Assembly (NCBI RefSeq): GCF_016433145.1 | Contig: NC_058132.1 | Location: 139,323,714 to 139,387,713 of the forward strand | From: Gracilinanus agilis | Lineage: Eukaryota | Length of the DNA stretch: 64,000 nucleotides | Direction: 5' to 3' | Shown here: piece by piece, positions 46,910 to 59,210 of the stretch | Layout: every line of letters starts with the position of its first letter | How positions within the stretch are numbered: the first letter of the stretch is position 1 | Notes under the pieces: generated by a model | What the model was told of the DNA's origin: nothing | Databases searched by the model: none | What the model saw: only the letters and a program-made list of their open reading frames with translations | Position numbers and translations under genes: made by a program

Positions 46910-47922
46910 CATGTAGAATCAAAGGATTTTGGTTCGAGTCCTGGCTCTGTTACTTAATTCCCTGGTTAACCTGGCTAAGCCATTTAACTTCTCCATGTAG
47001 CAATTTCAGCATCTGTAAAAAATACGAAAATTGGAGTAGGTGATCTCTAAGGCCTCTTCAAGCTCTGACGCTATGGGCTTTTCAAATATACATACAACTG
47101 TGAACTTTCTATAGATATATAGCAACAGGATGATTTGGATGTCTGGGCCCTGCCAAGGATCTGAACCTGTTCTTTTGCACATTTAAACCCCTATGTAAAG
47201 GTTTCCAAAAGGGAGTATTTTTACTGATATGTCTTAGATCACTTTATCAAATCTGATAGTTAATCCAACTGGCAAACACTTCTTTTGGCTTTCCAAATAA
47301 CCTAAAAGAAGATTTATTTTTGGCAGAAGATTAGAGTGTTTTCTCTGTGTTGGTTTAACAGTAAAATGATATTACAAATGTGTAATAAATTATTTACGAG
47401 TTGTGAGACACATACATGTATTTACAAAATATACTTAAGGAGAAATGACCAGGAGACAGATTTTGAGGAGACAAAAGTAGAGGAAAGGAAAGGAAAGTAC
47501 TGAAGAGAGCTGTACTGAGTGGAAAGAAATGAAAAATCAGCCAGAATGAAGGCAGTCTCTGACTTCCTCTCCTCTCCTTTCCCTCTGTCCCACAAGAAAA
47601 TGGTGAGCTCTGTGTAGGAGCATAGTTTTTTCTAATGTAGATTTTAATGACACATGATGATAATTTCTAAGTCCTGTTCCTTTATCATCCATTCAGGTGA
47701 CTTTTTATCATTGATTTTGCCTCAGCGATTTTGTACTAGCAACCCAGCTGTGTTCAGGAGGCTGGTTTGCTGTTTTATTAGAACCATTATATTCCCATTT
47801 ATCATAGTCCTTATCTAGAAAACTCTAATGAGGCTTTTTTTTTTTAACCTGAAAAGTATTTCCATAAGGTTTGGAGATACAAGTTTCAAAATGCTTTCTT
47901 TCCCCAAACGGGGGATAACAGA

Positions 47923-47959
47923 TGCATAATTTGGGAGCATTTTGGAATTGGTGTCATTG
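47923..47959 (+). promoter_or_regulatory. Block resembling the human FLT1 proximal hypoxia-response region, without the HIF core
   Basis: TGCATAATTTGGGAGCATTTTGGAATTGGTGTCATTG here, versus the human sequence as I recall it, TGCATAATTGAGGAACAACGTGGAATTAGTGTCATCG. The distance from the promoter is similar (~-1.2 kb here, about -1 kb in human). Confidence 0.7.
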
Positions 47960-48959
47960 CCAGTGATCAAGTGCCTTAACTTAATTTGACCCATGAATTC
48001 CAACAGAATTTAGTTATAGGAATAACAAAGGAACTCATCTTGGAGGGAGGAGCAAGGAGAAACTGTCCTTTATCAAGGCATTTGATAAAGATCAAACCAC
48101 AGCTCTCACAGGAGTCTACTGCAGACAGCCCTTAACTTTTTCCAGTGATTGTGGCATTTTGGGGTGTTTTTTTTTAAAGTAATGTGGCTGAGTTCAGTAC
48201 TTCTTTTAGGTCTCAAGGAGACCCAGATGTTATCACTATATTCTTGGACAGAGCCCGCTCGCAAAGAGGCTGCCCCCTTCGCTGCAATATAGCTGGTAGG
48301 TCTTTTCCTAAAAAGTTGTCGGATCCCAGCCAAACCACTGACAGGCAGTTCTTGCTCTGGGTTCCATGCCTACTAGAGCATTTCACCGTGCAATAGCAGA
48401 CGATACTTCATAATAACCTTAATTTAGTTGGAGTAGAAAAGATTGGAAGGGGAAGGGTGAGAGTGAAAAGAAGACCAATTGTTTCGATTAAAGTGTGCCA
48501 AGGACACCCAAGCTTAATGAGGGTAGACTCATGAAGGAAGGTGGAAGGCGTTTAGTAGTCACTGCTGGGAAGCTGAAGGCTGGTAATAGGGCAGTTCGGA
48601 TTTTCCGAACACAGGAAGGGGGAAGAGGAGGTAAAGAAGAAAGAGGAAAGGGGTCCGAGGAAACCAAGAAGTTTGAATCTGGCTTCATCTTTGCCGTCTC
48701 CTCTTTGCAACTTCTGTCAAGGTTCCTAGTAAGCCGGGGGTAGAGGGAAGCTGTATGAAATCTCATGGTCGGGGTGGGACTGGACTGAACCGGACCGGAT
48801 GAGGTGGGCATGGAGGGCGGGGGAAGGAAAGACCTGTTTGCTGGCTCCATAGTCTGGATGAGTGTTGGGAGTGCAGCCACAGACTGCCCAACCCTCCTCC
48901 TTTTGCCCTCCTCTCCCGTCCTCTAGCCTGCTTTCCTCTCCTGGACCCCAGCTAGCAGC

Positions 48960-49140
48960 AGAAAGGCCGGGAAGTGGGTGCGTCGCTGCAGGTCCCAAGA
49001 GGAAGAAGGGGGTGGGTGGGGGGTGTCCTGGAGGCGGATAAAAGGGGGTGGGGGACCCCTTGACGTCACGGGAAGGAGGTGCCCAAGGGAGGAGGGAGAT
49101 CGGAGGATGGGGGAAAGGTTATAAATCGCCCCCGCCCGCT
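48960..49140 (+). promoter_or_regulatory. FLT1: FLT1 core promoter
   Basis: ETS-type CCGGGAAGTG 48967-48976; full CRE TGACGTCA 49061-49068; TATAAA 49120-49125; EGR1 site CGCCCCCGC 49127-49135. GGGACCCCTTGACGTCAC and GGGGAAAGGTTATAAATCGCCCCCGCCC match the human FLT1 promoter as I recall it. Confidence 0.92.
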
Positions 49141-49149
49141 GCTCGGCTC

Positions 49150-49558
49150 CGAATTGATGTCCGCAGGAGGCTAAAAGGAGCACACCCTGCGGACACTCCC
49201 TCTTTTTCTCCTTGGCGGCGGCGGAGACAGCAGCAGCAGCAGCAAAGGCTGCGGCGGAGGCAGTGGCAGCGGAGAGCAGCACGCGTCCGGGAGACAGACG
49301 CAGCGGGCTCCCGGGACACTCAGACAAACCAGCGACTGGAGGCAGGCGCGAGTTTGGGGATTTAAAGATTGGATGGTTGCGCTTTTCCTGGGCCCGAGCA
49401 GCCACGCTGCCTAGCGCGACAGTGAAACGTTGGGGACCAGGAACCTAGGGCACTGGCGGAGTTGAGCCGGGGCGCTAGGGGACCCATCCGGCTTTATTTA
49501 TTGGCGCCTCTGGGATAGGAAGGAACAGACAACTACCCACCTCGCTGCGTCCCTTACC
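49150..49558 (+). other. FLT1: Predicted FLT1 5' UTR (exon 1 non-coding part)
   Basis: TSS inferred ~25-30 nt downstream of the TATA box, not measured. GC-rich; contains (CAG)5 and two upstream AUGs. Confidence 0.7.
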
Positions 49559-49622
49559 ATGTGTGGCTGGATGGTCACCGGAGCCGCGCTCTCCGTCCTG
49601 TTGGGCTGTCTGCTTCTCACAG
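49559..49622 (+). CDS. FLT1: FLT1 (VEGFR1) exon 1 coding part, signal peptide
   Basis: ACCATG start; 64 nt encoding MCGWMVTGAALSVLLGCLLLT plus G; phase-1 donor AG|GTAAGA. Same length and the same ending TGTCTGCTTCTCACAG as human FLT1 exon 1 (MVSYWDTGVLLCALLSCLLLTG), and preceded by the FLT1-type promoter. Confidence 0.93.
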
Positions 49623-52600
49623 GTAAGAGCTCTTGGCCGGCCGCCGTCTGGTGTGCCAAAGCCAGTAGCTGCGGAGGGACTGGAGGATGGAGAAGGGAGG
49701 GCACGCCAAGATCGAGGGAGAGGAACTGAAATGAGGAAAAGGAATGGGGTTCCAACCGGCTTCCAAGAGAAGACCGGAAGGTAAGGTTGCTGGGATAGAC
49801 TGGGGCGGCAGGTGTGGAAGACGAAGAGGCTGTGAGCAGGCAGGCAGGCAGGCAGGCAGGGCAGTGACGCAGAGGACGCATTGTCCGACTCGAAACTGCT
49901 GAACTTGCGCTATGGTCTCGCTTCTAGTTGTCTATGGAGCTGGGAGTTGGTACAAGTCTTGAATCAGGGGTGGTTAGCTCAAAAAACTGAGTACACAACC
50001 TCAGTGGCTTGTCTCCCACCGCTGCAGGCTCCAGAATCCCTTCTCCGCAGTCCTCCGTTCTTCACCTGGCTTTTCTCAGCTGGGAGAGGCGTGCGGTGGC
50101 TTCCAAACTAGAGATAGCGAGCTCACTCCAGACTTGGGTTTGAGGCTGCACATACATACCGAGTTACTGGCTCTCTGGACCCAGTCGAGCTAATCCACAA
50201 ATCCTCTCTGACCTATTAGATTGAGTTGGAAGTTGGGACAACATAAAGTTCTGGACAAGTTGAAGGAAGTAAGGGTAGAAACTCAACTCTGCAGTTTGCC
50301 AGCGTTGTATCATTGAAGGACAGCCAAATGATTTTTCCAGAGTATCCAGATTTTCTTAAGACCCCAGACTTAGGCTGATATCAAATAAGGCAAAAGGTCT
50401 CCGTAGTGTCTGTTACCAGAGTCTGACTGATCCCAGGAATTTTTACCGAAACTCTTGGTCTTGTCATGCGTGAACAGCGGGTGAGTCTGGGTGAGCCAGG
50501 ATACCTTTGGAGATAGACTCCATTGCTTGGAGACCTCAGTCCGTTATCTTGGCTCAGGCGGACTGGCCGGTTCTTTCTAAATTGCAGTTAAAGAAAGCGG
50601 TTCAATTTTCCTCCTTGTCAGAAACGAAAAATCCCTTGAAAACTTAGTTAATCGTCAGTATCAGAACCTCTACCTCTTAGATTTCCACTGAACTAGGCTA
50701 TGCATACTTGCTTTAATATCTCAGAGATCCTCAATTTCACTGATGTAGGCAACTCCCTATACCAATGTAGAATGCGACCCAGCAATACTTTAGCACATTG
50801 TATACAGAAGTTGCGGTGGCCAAAGGAAAAATAAAATGATCACTTGGTGGCCAAGCTACTGATTCTCCAAACTTAAGTAGGCTGGTCCTCCAAGGACAGT
50901 CTGTTCCCATCTGTACTCAAATCCTCTCCAGCTTAGATGGAGTGTGAGCACTTGTAGTCTGCCCGCAAACCTTCAAAGAATCCTAAGGCTACTTCTCATA
51001 ATATCTTTTTAGGTAAGAGAAGCACAAGTAGGATATTAGTGGCTTGGTGGAAGGAATAAATAGAATTGAATAAATGAATAGATACCTTCTTAGAAATGAG
51101 GTGGACAAGTTTATCTTTGAGATCAAATGCTTCTTCAAAATCAGTCTTTCTAGGAGATTAAAGAAATCAGGTGGCCTGGCAAATTTGAGGGCCAAGATTG
51201 TAAAGGAGAGTTAATGCAATGATTGCAAAGTACCAGGCACTCAAGAAAGATTAGAACAGGTTTTTGGCATTTGTGCTTTATTTTCTCTTCCCCCCCCTAC
51301 CCCCGCATCTGAAGGGTGAAAGGATTCTTCTAGCTTCCTGGGGAAGGTAAAGAGCCTGCCTCTAAGAGACTCCTTTGCATAGCAGAAAGAAATGGTAAAA
51401 AGTCCATATGAATCTTCATAAGGAGGGATGTCAGTATAACAGTATAGAGAGGGAAATGCTCTTTAACCTTAAACTCAGCTAGAAGGTTGAATATTCTCAG
51501 TGGAAAAACCAATTGGATTGTCAGTTCTGAGTAACAAGTAATATTCCAATTAAACTGGCTAAACTATTAAAATCAGAGCCAGGAGTGGTTTTTAAGGTCT
51601 TACAGTGCCATAAAAGTTGGGAAAATTCTGAAAATAACTGTGGTCAATTGAACAATCTGTTTTCTGCTCCTAGCAACATTTTTTTTAATGTACAATGGAC
51701 ACCAAATTCTAGTAGCTCTCATTAATCAATTAGAAGAAATTGATTTTTATAGATTTTTGGACAGCATCTCCATTTAAATTTCACCAATTTTACTTTAGGT
51801 GGCCAGAAATACTGATTCCTTCGTGTCTTTAAACAAAATATATACAGAGAGAAGAATTTGGAATAAAAATGGTACCTTAATGAAGGACTACAAGTTATTT
51901 TTTATTTATTAAAACTTTTCCTGTCTAATCTCTGATCATCATACCTAGTATAGCACTATATCCAGGCAGACTCCAAATTTTCTCTAGTTGGCTTTCTACT
52001 TGATGGAGTAAAAATCAATCTTGATTTCTCATTATCTTTTTCTAACACCCTTTTAAACAACAAAAAAGATTCTGAGATTAGAAACCTCTAAAACCCTAAC
52101 ATATGGCAACCTTCTACATAAATAAGACTTTTTTGATGGCATTTTTTCCTTTTATTTCAGGTGTTACACCTGGAAACTAAAAATGGAAATATTTGATTCA
52201 TATTTTAAAGTTAATCTTTTGTCATTTTTAAGGAGAAAAAAAAGTCCTTGAGCAATTTATAGATTTAAGGCTGTATGTATTTAGCTGACACTAGAAATAT
52301 TCAAGTAAACTAAATGCTAATTTAAAATGGACCGTGATTTCCAGATTGGAAAGAGAATCAAATTTTAGGGTTGTAGTCATTTTTGCTTAGCTAAATTTTA
52401 AGGTAGGCGTCATTTTTGCTCTTTTTTTAAATGTTATCTATCTTTTGCTTGCTGTTCTATACTAATGCTAATTTTAAAAAAGAGAGAGATAGTTACAATC
52501 TGAGTTGAACACACAGCAGATTAAAGCCATTCAGTATCTTGTAATCTACATTCTTTACAGGTGTTCCATAAAGGCATCTCTCTTCTAGTTGATTTGTGCT

Positions 52601-52955
52601 TTAATCAATCTGTGTTACAATATCAGCCCCCAAAAGGAAAGCCATGGGAAGTGTATTTAAATGCCCTCTTCTTATGTGTTGCACATTTGAGGTTTATATT
52701 TGAGAGATTTGTGTCTATGATATCATTAATCTATAAATCCTGCTTATGCTGCCTTGTCACTTAGAGAATGTGGGCAGATCCTATTCTGTGCTTCACTTTT
52801 GTTACCCATTAATGGTGGTATGGGTACAAATTATCATCATGTGAAACTGCCTAAAAACAGTTTATCGTTATAAGTTACAATATGAATAATAGTAGTTGTT
52901 TCTCCTCTAATTTATAGAAAAGTAGCATTTTCTTAAGTACAGGCTTTATTGCACG

Positions 52956-52971
52956 CTCTCTCTCTCTCTCT

Positions 52972-53015
<44 letters not shown>
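52956..53015. repeat. (CT)n(CA)n microsatellite
   Basis: Seen directly. Confidence 0.97.
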
Positions 53016-53023
<8 letters not shown>

Positions 53024-56000
53024 TATATCTCAAAGGTCTGGAATACATAGATACATAGACACATGTATACTATAGCCAAAGAATTGTGTTGACGAGTATG
53101 TTAGATTTTTAAAAGAATATCTTATCTAAGGAATGAACTGTTGAGAATGCTCTGGGTTTCCTCAGTAAATAGTAATTAATGAACTGTGCTTTTCAGTAGT
53201 AGACTATCTCTGTGAGCAGTAAATTGACTCTTGGAAAGAATATATTTTATAAGAGTCGTGCTGTTGGTGGATGTAATGGATTTTCCCCTGCTATCAGTAA
53301 TGGTTATATTTTGCTTTTTTTTTTTTTAAACTAGCAGAATTTGCGTTTCCATGGCCCATGATGATATTGTTTGGTGCCCTTAACTGTCACCAGTCACTGA
53401 AAATGTATATGTTTCAACTTGGGAGAGTAAGCAGGGGTGGAATATCTTGAAAGTTCACAAATTTGATCTCAAAATAACTTTCTAGTTAGAGTTTCAGTTC
53501 AAGGGAGACGGGATACTGAACCTCTAATGCCAAGTTTAGCCCGCATTGTATGGCTTATCTTATTTTTAAAAAGAGAGTGCTTTGTTCTACTTCAGAGTAG
53601 TAAGGAAACTGTCAAGACATGACTTCATTTACTTTGGGGACACTATTATACGTGTTGAAAATGACATGTTGGAAAAATGCTTTTTAAGTGGACTAAGAAA
53701 AGAGAAAATCAATGCCGACAAGGAAAAGTATGCTAAACCACTGCTATCTAATTATCAGTGTTATCCATTTTTGACTGTACTTATTTTGGCATATTTTATG
53801 TCTAAATGTGTAAAATCTGAATCCTAAAACTTAATATAGAATATGACAAAGTAACTAATACGCTTATTTTTTAACATTAGCTTTGAACGTACATCAGGCA
53901 AGGTTAGGGATGGATAGAAAATGACTCTTACTCATGGGCTTCAAATTGTCATTTAGCAATATTAATAAAAATGCTAATGGTGTTTGGATACTAATTAAGA
54001 TTGATATTTTTCACTGTATTTTTCACTTTAGAAGATCAACTGAGATTCGACCTGATTTTTAATTTCAATTTAGAAAAAAAAAAAGAAGATTCATGACTTT
54101 TGTATATTTTTTTTAATACACTGAGTATGGCTTAAATACTTCAAAGAAGAGAACAATCTATTCAGTGGTTACAATGTTTGGGGGAAGGCTGTGTGAGAAA
54201 GACAACATATCATGCCTGCTGCTTTCCAGAACAATTGTTCACTGCTCACACTCTTGGGTGGCTTGGAAACTGCAAGCTGCTGATGATTAAATTACTGGAT
54301 TTTATGCCAGGCTGAGAGAGTGAAAGGAAATAAGAGGGATAGGGGTAATTGAGGAAGGACTTGAAAGGAAGGACTCTGGCTCAGCTTGTGGGACTGCAGT
54401 GGGGTTTCATTAAGGAAATGGTTCCATTGAGTCTGCTAGAGATAGTGGGTTAGATTTCCTGCATCACAACTGGGAGCAGGAAGAGGGGATACAGCAAGAC
54501 TGCCTGGGGCTTTCCCACTGGCCTTAGGAAATCTGACAACCCAAAGGCCATTTCTTCTCACAGAGCCAACTCCTCTGTTGCCACAGTGGATGCTAAGGTT
54601 ATCTCATAGACCTGGGCATTTTCTTTCAGGAAAAAGAAGTCTGTCTAAAATAGTAAGAATTCTTAAGTCATAGTTACTTAGCCCATGGAAAAGCCTAGTT
54701 GGGAGACAAACATTATTTAGAGCAAAAGTATAAAGGAAAGAACTGGAATCTGGAATTGGAGACAGAAGACCTAGGTTCAAATCCTCGGTTTGCTATCTTC
54801 TCATTTAATCTCTCTACGCCTCCATTTCCTGATGTGTAAAATTGGAGTAGATTTAAGGGGTTTTGGCTGAATGATCTTCAAGATCTCTTCTAATTCTAAA
54901 CATATGATCTTTTTGAATAGCTGTGGTTGCCATAAGATAATGCTTTGATTGTCCCTGAAAAAACTACAGTCCCTAATCTCTAAGGACCAGACCTAAGGTG
55001 AACCCTCCATTAAGAGTAGTTTTTGATGCCTTAGTTGCTGCTACTACCATTAAAACAGGTAATTTCAATGAAGGATTTTTGCCAGCCAAAGTTTTGGAGA
55101 ATAGTTGTCTTCTTCCTAAGAGAATGCTAAACATGCAAAGAAAGCATAATCATGGAATCCTAAAACTTGAAAGGAAAGAATCTTAGATGCCCACCTGCCT
55201 CACTTTAGAGCTGAAAAATTGATGCACAGCAGGCTGTGACTTGTCCAAGGTGGTACCATTAGGAAATAACCTTAGAATACCTTATTTTTACAAAGACCAA
55301 CTACTTCCAGATTCCAGCAGATGATCAGACATTTACTATTCTAATGAAATTTACTCAAGAAAATGACAACCCACATTTCTAAAAGAAATCAGTATGTAAG
55401 ATAATAGTCACAGTGAAAAAGTTTCTTATGAATAATAATAGGATGCCTCTGCCTTAGGCACCTTATGCCCAACTGATCTCATGAGTAGACAGCCATAGAT
55501 CATAAAACATTCCTATTTCCCCAATCCTGACTGTAGGAACCTAATGCTGAAAGGGTGGCCAGCTCCTTTCTCCACATTTATGCCATGAGCTATCTGATCT
55601 GGAAGCTCCTCTTTGGAAACTTATTGAGAGGGAACCGAAATATATTCTTTTAGCCTTTCTAAGGAAGAAAAAAAGGAAAAGGTGAAAAGGAGTAAATTCC
55701 AAAAGAAGGTAGAGATGTGCTAGCTTTTCTTTACTACATCTCTGGTACTTTGCTACTAGAAAAGAATGAGGAAAGCCATTGAATCTTATTATTTCCTAAG
55801 GCTGAATTGAGGAAGTGCACTGCTGCACATGGTAGGCACTGTCCCTGTCTCTGGTAAATCAGTTTAGCAGGTAGGAGAATGACCATCACAAAATCCTAAA
55901 AATTGGAGGCTAATAGTAATTAATAATCTACTAAATCCAAGAGGTAGAATGACTTAGTAGGAAGACCAAAGATTTGGATTCGAAAGACCTGAATTCGAAT

Positions 56001-57374
56001 TCCAAGCTTTGCATTTTATTCCACGGGTGACTTTGCCAGAAACAAAGAAACAAACAAAACCCTTAACCTAATCTATAAAATGATAGGAAATTTGTAAAAA
56101 AAAAAAAACACAATAAAAACGAGTGCAGTAAAATTGTAATGACCACGCTTGACTCCAATGGAAAAAAATGAGACCGCATTTCCCCCTTGACTCTGCGGAA
56201 GAGCACTAGGGGTATGGAACATGGCATAGAATGTCATACAGTTATTATTTTCATCCATTTTCTCGAACTGTATTTCTTTTCTTATTCTTCATTATGGATT
56301 GCACTTTGACTCCTAACAAAGTTTCCATAACAGCAAATGCCTATCTTTTTATTATCAACATTTTGTTGATGTTCCTTCAAGGCAGCAAGACTTCAAGATG
56401 AGCATCACACAAGGGCAATGGAAAGGCAGAGAGTAGGAGTGAACAGGTTGCAACATAAAGCCAAAGAGGAATTCTGAAGAACAAAAATAATGGATATTAT
56501 CAATGAATTCTATGACAGAAGAGAAGATGAACTTTCATTTATGAATGAGGAATGGCTCTACTGGGGACTTTCAAGATGCTGCCTGGAGTAGACATAATAG
56601 AGAAGATACTCTGTAGAGAACTTTAGGAGCACCTGGATGAAAGCTGAACAGGATGGGCAGGCATGGATAGTTTGCAGTATGCATTGTTGGCGGGAACTCC
56701 TGAATTGAAGTGATCAGAGATCCATTTGAATATTTCGGTGTTATTGTATATTATAAGGGCGATCTCTCTGAAAGGGTTAGGTTAAGAGGGATATATTGGG
56801 AAATGTAGATGATATTAAAACAAAAGATATTAATCACTTTTAAAAGATGATAGTATTAGGCTAGATCATCTGGTAGGCACCTTCCAGATGCAAGCCCTTT
56901 GGTCATCTCTCACATAATTTGCCTCGGGAATAATTAAGGTGCCTTAATAGGGTGAGAAAGACAATGTGAGGCAAACTCTTAACAGTGATTCTCCTAAGCA
57001 GAGAGTTCAACCAGTATGGGCTTTTGAAATAACTCAGGCTTCCTTCCACCAGGTTCCTTTGCAGATTCCTGTTTCCTCTCCTTTAAGGAGCTTTCAGATC
57101 TGAGGAGCCCCAAAGGATCCATAGTTCTGTGCAGCTGCTCCTTAATGGGCCAGTGGCAGCTGAAGGAGGATCTTGAGACTTTTCCGACCCTGAATGCAGG
57201 TGGTAATTGTGTGAATCAGCAGATTACTAAAATACCTCCTCAAGGAAGAAAAAGGGAGGAAATGTGTATCAAGAAAATCTTGAATGAGAGAGAGATAACA
57301 GAATGCATGAAGAGGTTTTGAAAAGCTGGGAAGGAAAGTGGAACAAAGGAGTGCTCTTCACTAAGGAGGAACTT

Positions 57375-57418
57375 TGCTAAAGGTTCTTAACCCAGCCCAT
57401 TGACTGTGTGTGAGCATG

Positions 57419-57454
<36 letters not shown>

Positions 57455-57706
57455 TATATATACATATGTGTATGCATTTATGTTTATCTATTATCTAAAA
57501 CACAGGTGTGTATATAATATATGAACACAGATGTACACATTGGTATATTTACATATGTGAATAAGTTGATAACTATATTTGAATGTAATTGGTTTCTCTT
57601 ATAATCCTTTGTTAGACATTTTAAAATATTTTTCTGAGAAGGCATCCATAAGCTTCACCTTACTGTTGAAGGGATCTTCTACATGAAAATGATTCAGAAC
57701 CCCTAC
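57375..57706. mobile_element. Ancient hAT-Charlie element expanded by an internal CA/TA microsatellite
   Basis: ggttcttaacc...ctgagaaggcatccataagcttcacc...cagaacccct, same family as 44555-44748. Confidence 0.55.
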
Positions 57707-59010
57707 TTTAGGCAAAACTAGAATTTTTATTTTGAGTGGAAGCAAGGTAACTGCACTTGAACATGGCATTCCTTTTCATTCTAGGATAGCAATAGGCTTT
57801 CATTTCATTTTATCATGGATTACAGCAGATATCAGCATTATTCTCACCATCATCAAAAAGAAAAATTTGCTTAATGATCATGGGGCTTCACATGGGACTG
57901 CTCTTACCTCAAAATCTTCTTTCATTACATGTGAGCCAGAGAAGGCTAAATATGTATTTTACTTCCCCTACTTTTTCTGCCATTTGCAGTAGACTACTTT
58001 TCAAGCCCAAGACATGGTTACATTTATTAGAATACATGGAAGATATATATTATGTTCCCTGTAAAGTAGTTTTAACCCATGTTTCTAGGAAGCATCTAGA
58101 GAATACAATTTTCTTGGTTGTATTGTTAGACGGGTCACCGGCATGAAGGAGATTATGTAGAATTACAGCTATTACTGCTCTTTAATTTTTGTGGCTATTT
58201 CCTTTTTTCAAAATTGACAGAGGAATTTTAACTGTTCATGAACATATGAAAAGGGAAAGATATATTTGAGAGCATAACAAATAAACAAGTATGGCTATCT
58301 ATGGTGAGTTTTATTGCTTTCTACTTGCGAGTTGTGGCTAACTCTCCCAACTAAAGGCCCATGCTGGATCACATTTTTGTCTTTTGTAATTCTTTGGAAA
58401 CTTTTACAGTTTAATAGATTGTCCATTGGGAATTTTAATTTAGTTAACAATTAGGAAAAATATGTGAGGATTTGATGTTTGCATCAGCTCTGATCTAAGT
58501 TTTTAAGTCCTAATGAACAACTTGATTGAATCAGAAAATTACTTTGGGTACCTAATTGTCTCTTATATATCCCTAAATCTTTAAATGAGAAAAAGTCCTG
58601 TGTAAAATATCTGTCACATAAGGGCATTTAAAAAAATCTATGAAAACTTCAGGATATGATTAATACAGCTGACAGTATGTAAGAGGCATATTTTTTGGAG
58701 GCTAGTCTGAAGTTCACTCAATCTATATCCACATAACAAATGATTCTAGGAATGAACTTCCAGAACTCAAGATGAAAGGGTTTTTTTTTGTTTGTTTTCA
58801 GTTTTTTTAAGTATGTATCTTCTCTTTGATCTCAATTGATCTACAGGTGAGAATTAAATCAATCAATAGCTTGATTAACAGTGTGAATTAGTACCTTTAG
58901 TTTAACCCTGCTGAGAGAGATTTCTCTCAAGAAATAGCTTTGATTAAATTATTATAGAATACTGTGCTTCTTTACTGTGATTTCATGTTGATAAGAATAA
59001 GAATGTTGAC

Positions 59011-59210
59011 GGGGGCAGCTGGGTAGCTCAGTGGAGTGAGAGTCAGGCCTAGAGACAGGAGGTCCTAGGTTCAAACCCAGCCTCAGACACTTCCCAGCTG
59101 TGTGACCCTGGGCAAGTCACTTGACCCCCATTGCCCACCCTTACCACTCTTCCACCTATGAGACAATACACCGAAGTTAAGGGTCTAAAAAAAAATTAAA
59201 AAAAAAAAAA
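59011..59210 (+). mobile_element. SINE1_Mdo-like SINE with TSD
   Basis: Full length with an A-tail. 11-bp TSD AAGAATGTTGA at 58999-59009 and 59211-59221. Confidence 0.95.

Noticed and set aside
49559-49622. Alternative identity as KDR or the non-eutherian KDR-like receptor
   Set aside because: The CLLLTG exon end, the 64-nt coding length and the CRE-TATA-EGR1 promoter all fit FLT1 specifically.
48488-49881. Longest ORFs in the track (130, 160, 105 and 127 aa) on both strands of the FLT1 CpG island
   Set aside because: These are low-complexity, GC-driven open frames, mostly with non-ATG starts and no recognisable domain. They overlap the promoter and 5' UTR.
52141-52580. Two intronic acceptor-like sites (AG at 52159-52160 and 52559-52560)
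   Set aside because: In-frame readthrough stops almost at once (GVTPGN* and GVP*). Such motifs are common in AT-rich introns.
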